The position numbers and the translations under genes were made by a program. Below the pieces are notes generated by a model. It ran no database searches and was not told where the DNA came from. It was given only the letters and a program-made list of their open reading frames with translations. This document shows positions 62,691 through 64,000 of a DNA stretch of 64,000 nucleotides, one piece after another (position 1 is the first letter of the stretch; every line of letters starts with the position of its first letter). Source of the DNA: Octopus sinensis (lineage: Eukaryota); assembly GCF_006345805.1 (NCBI RefSeq), contig NC_042997.1:186620001-186684000 (forward strand), written 5' to 3'.

Positions 62691-63697
62691 AATAATGATA
62701 ATAATTCTTTCTGCTATAGGCACAAGACCTGAAATATTTGTTTGATTAAAGCCCTTTGAGATGGTGCTCCAGCATGGTCACAGTCAATGACTGAAACAAG
62801 TAAAAGAATAAAAGAATTAAAGGATGTGTATGGTCTTTCCTTCACAAGGCACTGGTCAGCCAAAGGCTACAGTTGAAAGCAATAACCCAAAATGCATCAT
62901 AGCATGACCAAGCTCAAAAGTACATGACAAAAAAATAAACTTCCCCACCAAGCAGCTATGCGTTCTTCTACATACATACTTACATACACACATACATACA
63001 TTCATATATATATATATATGTATGTGTATGTATGTGTGTATGTATGTATGTATTTGTGTGTATGTGTATGTATATCAACTATTTTTTCACATAGTTGTCT
63101 TTAATATTCTCCCATTTTATTTTATTTTATTTTATTTTATTTCATTTTATTTGTTTTCGTTCCACCCTGTTTTTCACACTTCTCCCTTGTGTTTTCCCAA
63201 GTCTCACTACAAAGAAAAATTAGAGCAGGAGGGAAGAGGTGTTGAATAAGTGGAATGAAAACATAAGGGTTGGGATAGAGGTAAAGATAGGGATGAAATT
63301 CCATTTTTGCTTTCGATATATACGGTTTTTTTTTTATAATTTTCATGATCTGTTTTTTTTTTCTTTATTCTCATAAACTGCTTTTTTCTCTTTTTTTAAA
63401 TTTAAATGTTTTCTGTATTTATTTGCAAGGGTTTCTTTTTTTTTATAATTTTTCATTTTTTTTTTTTTTTCATTTTGGTGAAGGTAGGGCATGTGTGTGA
63501 GCTATATGCTTGAGTGTTGTTTCTGGCGCCTAAATATATGTTTTTCTTTGCTTTGACTGATACGTTTATTGTTAACAAAACTGTCTTCATTATGGAAGCA
63601 TCATTATTGTTCCATACCACAAGGCCACAGCTGAAAGAATCTGCTTCTCCTTTATGTTCATCTTCTCTTCCTTCTTCTTCTTCTTCTTCTTCTTCTT

Positions 63698-63762
<65 letters not shown>

Positions 63763-64000
63763 GCTTTACTTTTTTTGAATACTGTTTCTTTCTAAGATTT
63801 TTTATTCGACACTATCATCTGCAGCAGCAACAGCAGCATCATTATCATCATCATCATCGTCATCAACACCATCACAGTTGCTATCGTCCTCATCACCATC
63901 ATCATTACCATTATCACCCCCCCCCACCACCACCTTCACCACCATCATCGTTATCATCAGCATCATTATCACCACCACCACCACTGTCATCGCCCATCAG

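Overview
AT-rich, repeat-saturated eukaryotic DNA with very dense (TA)n/(TACA)n/(TAGA)n/(CAT)n/(CT)n microsatellites. The repeat landscape suggests an octopod cephalopod (inference, not searched). It looks like intronic or intergenic sequence: no host protein-coding gene is recognisable, and almost every ORF in the supplied track is a microsatellite or SINE read-through. Supported content: (1) dozens of SINE/SINE-like copies from at least five families (my labels A-F); (2) decayed retroelements: an RTE 3' end, several R4/Dong-like (RLE-clade) LINE fragments, and a Penelope GIY-YIG fragment plus Penelope-type palindromic elements; (3) DNA transposons: an internally deleted mariner with both TIRs, a second mariner end, a hAT MITE, a non-autonomous Helitron and a Helentron-like end; (4) a degenerate tRNA-Lys(CTT); (5) a 625-bp tandem duplication. 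Most interesting: minimal hammerhead-ribozyme-like motifs with compensatory stem II changes in the Penelope-type palindromes; an ordered array of fixed-stem, variable-loop hairpins in family C; stacked R4/Dong-like fragments in (TAA)n runs; and many inverted SINE pairs. No new biological system is demonstrated. A few candidate exons are listed at low confidence.
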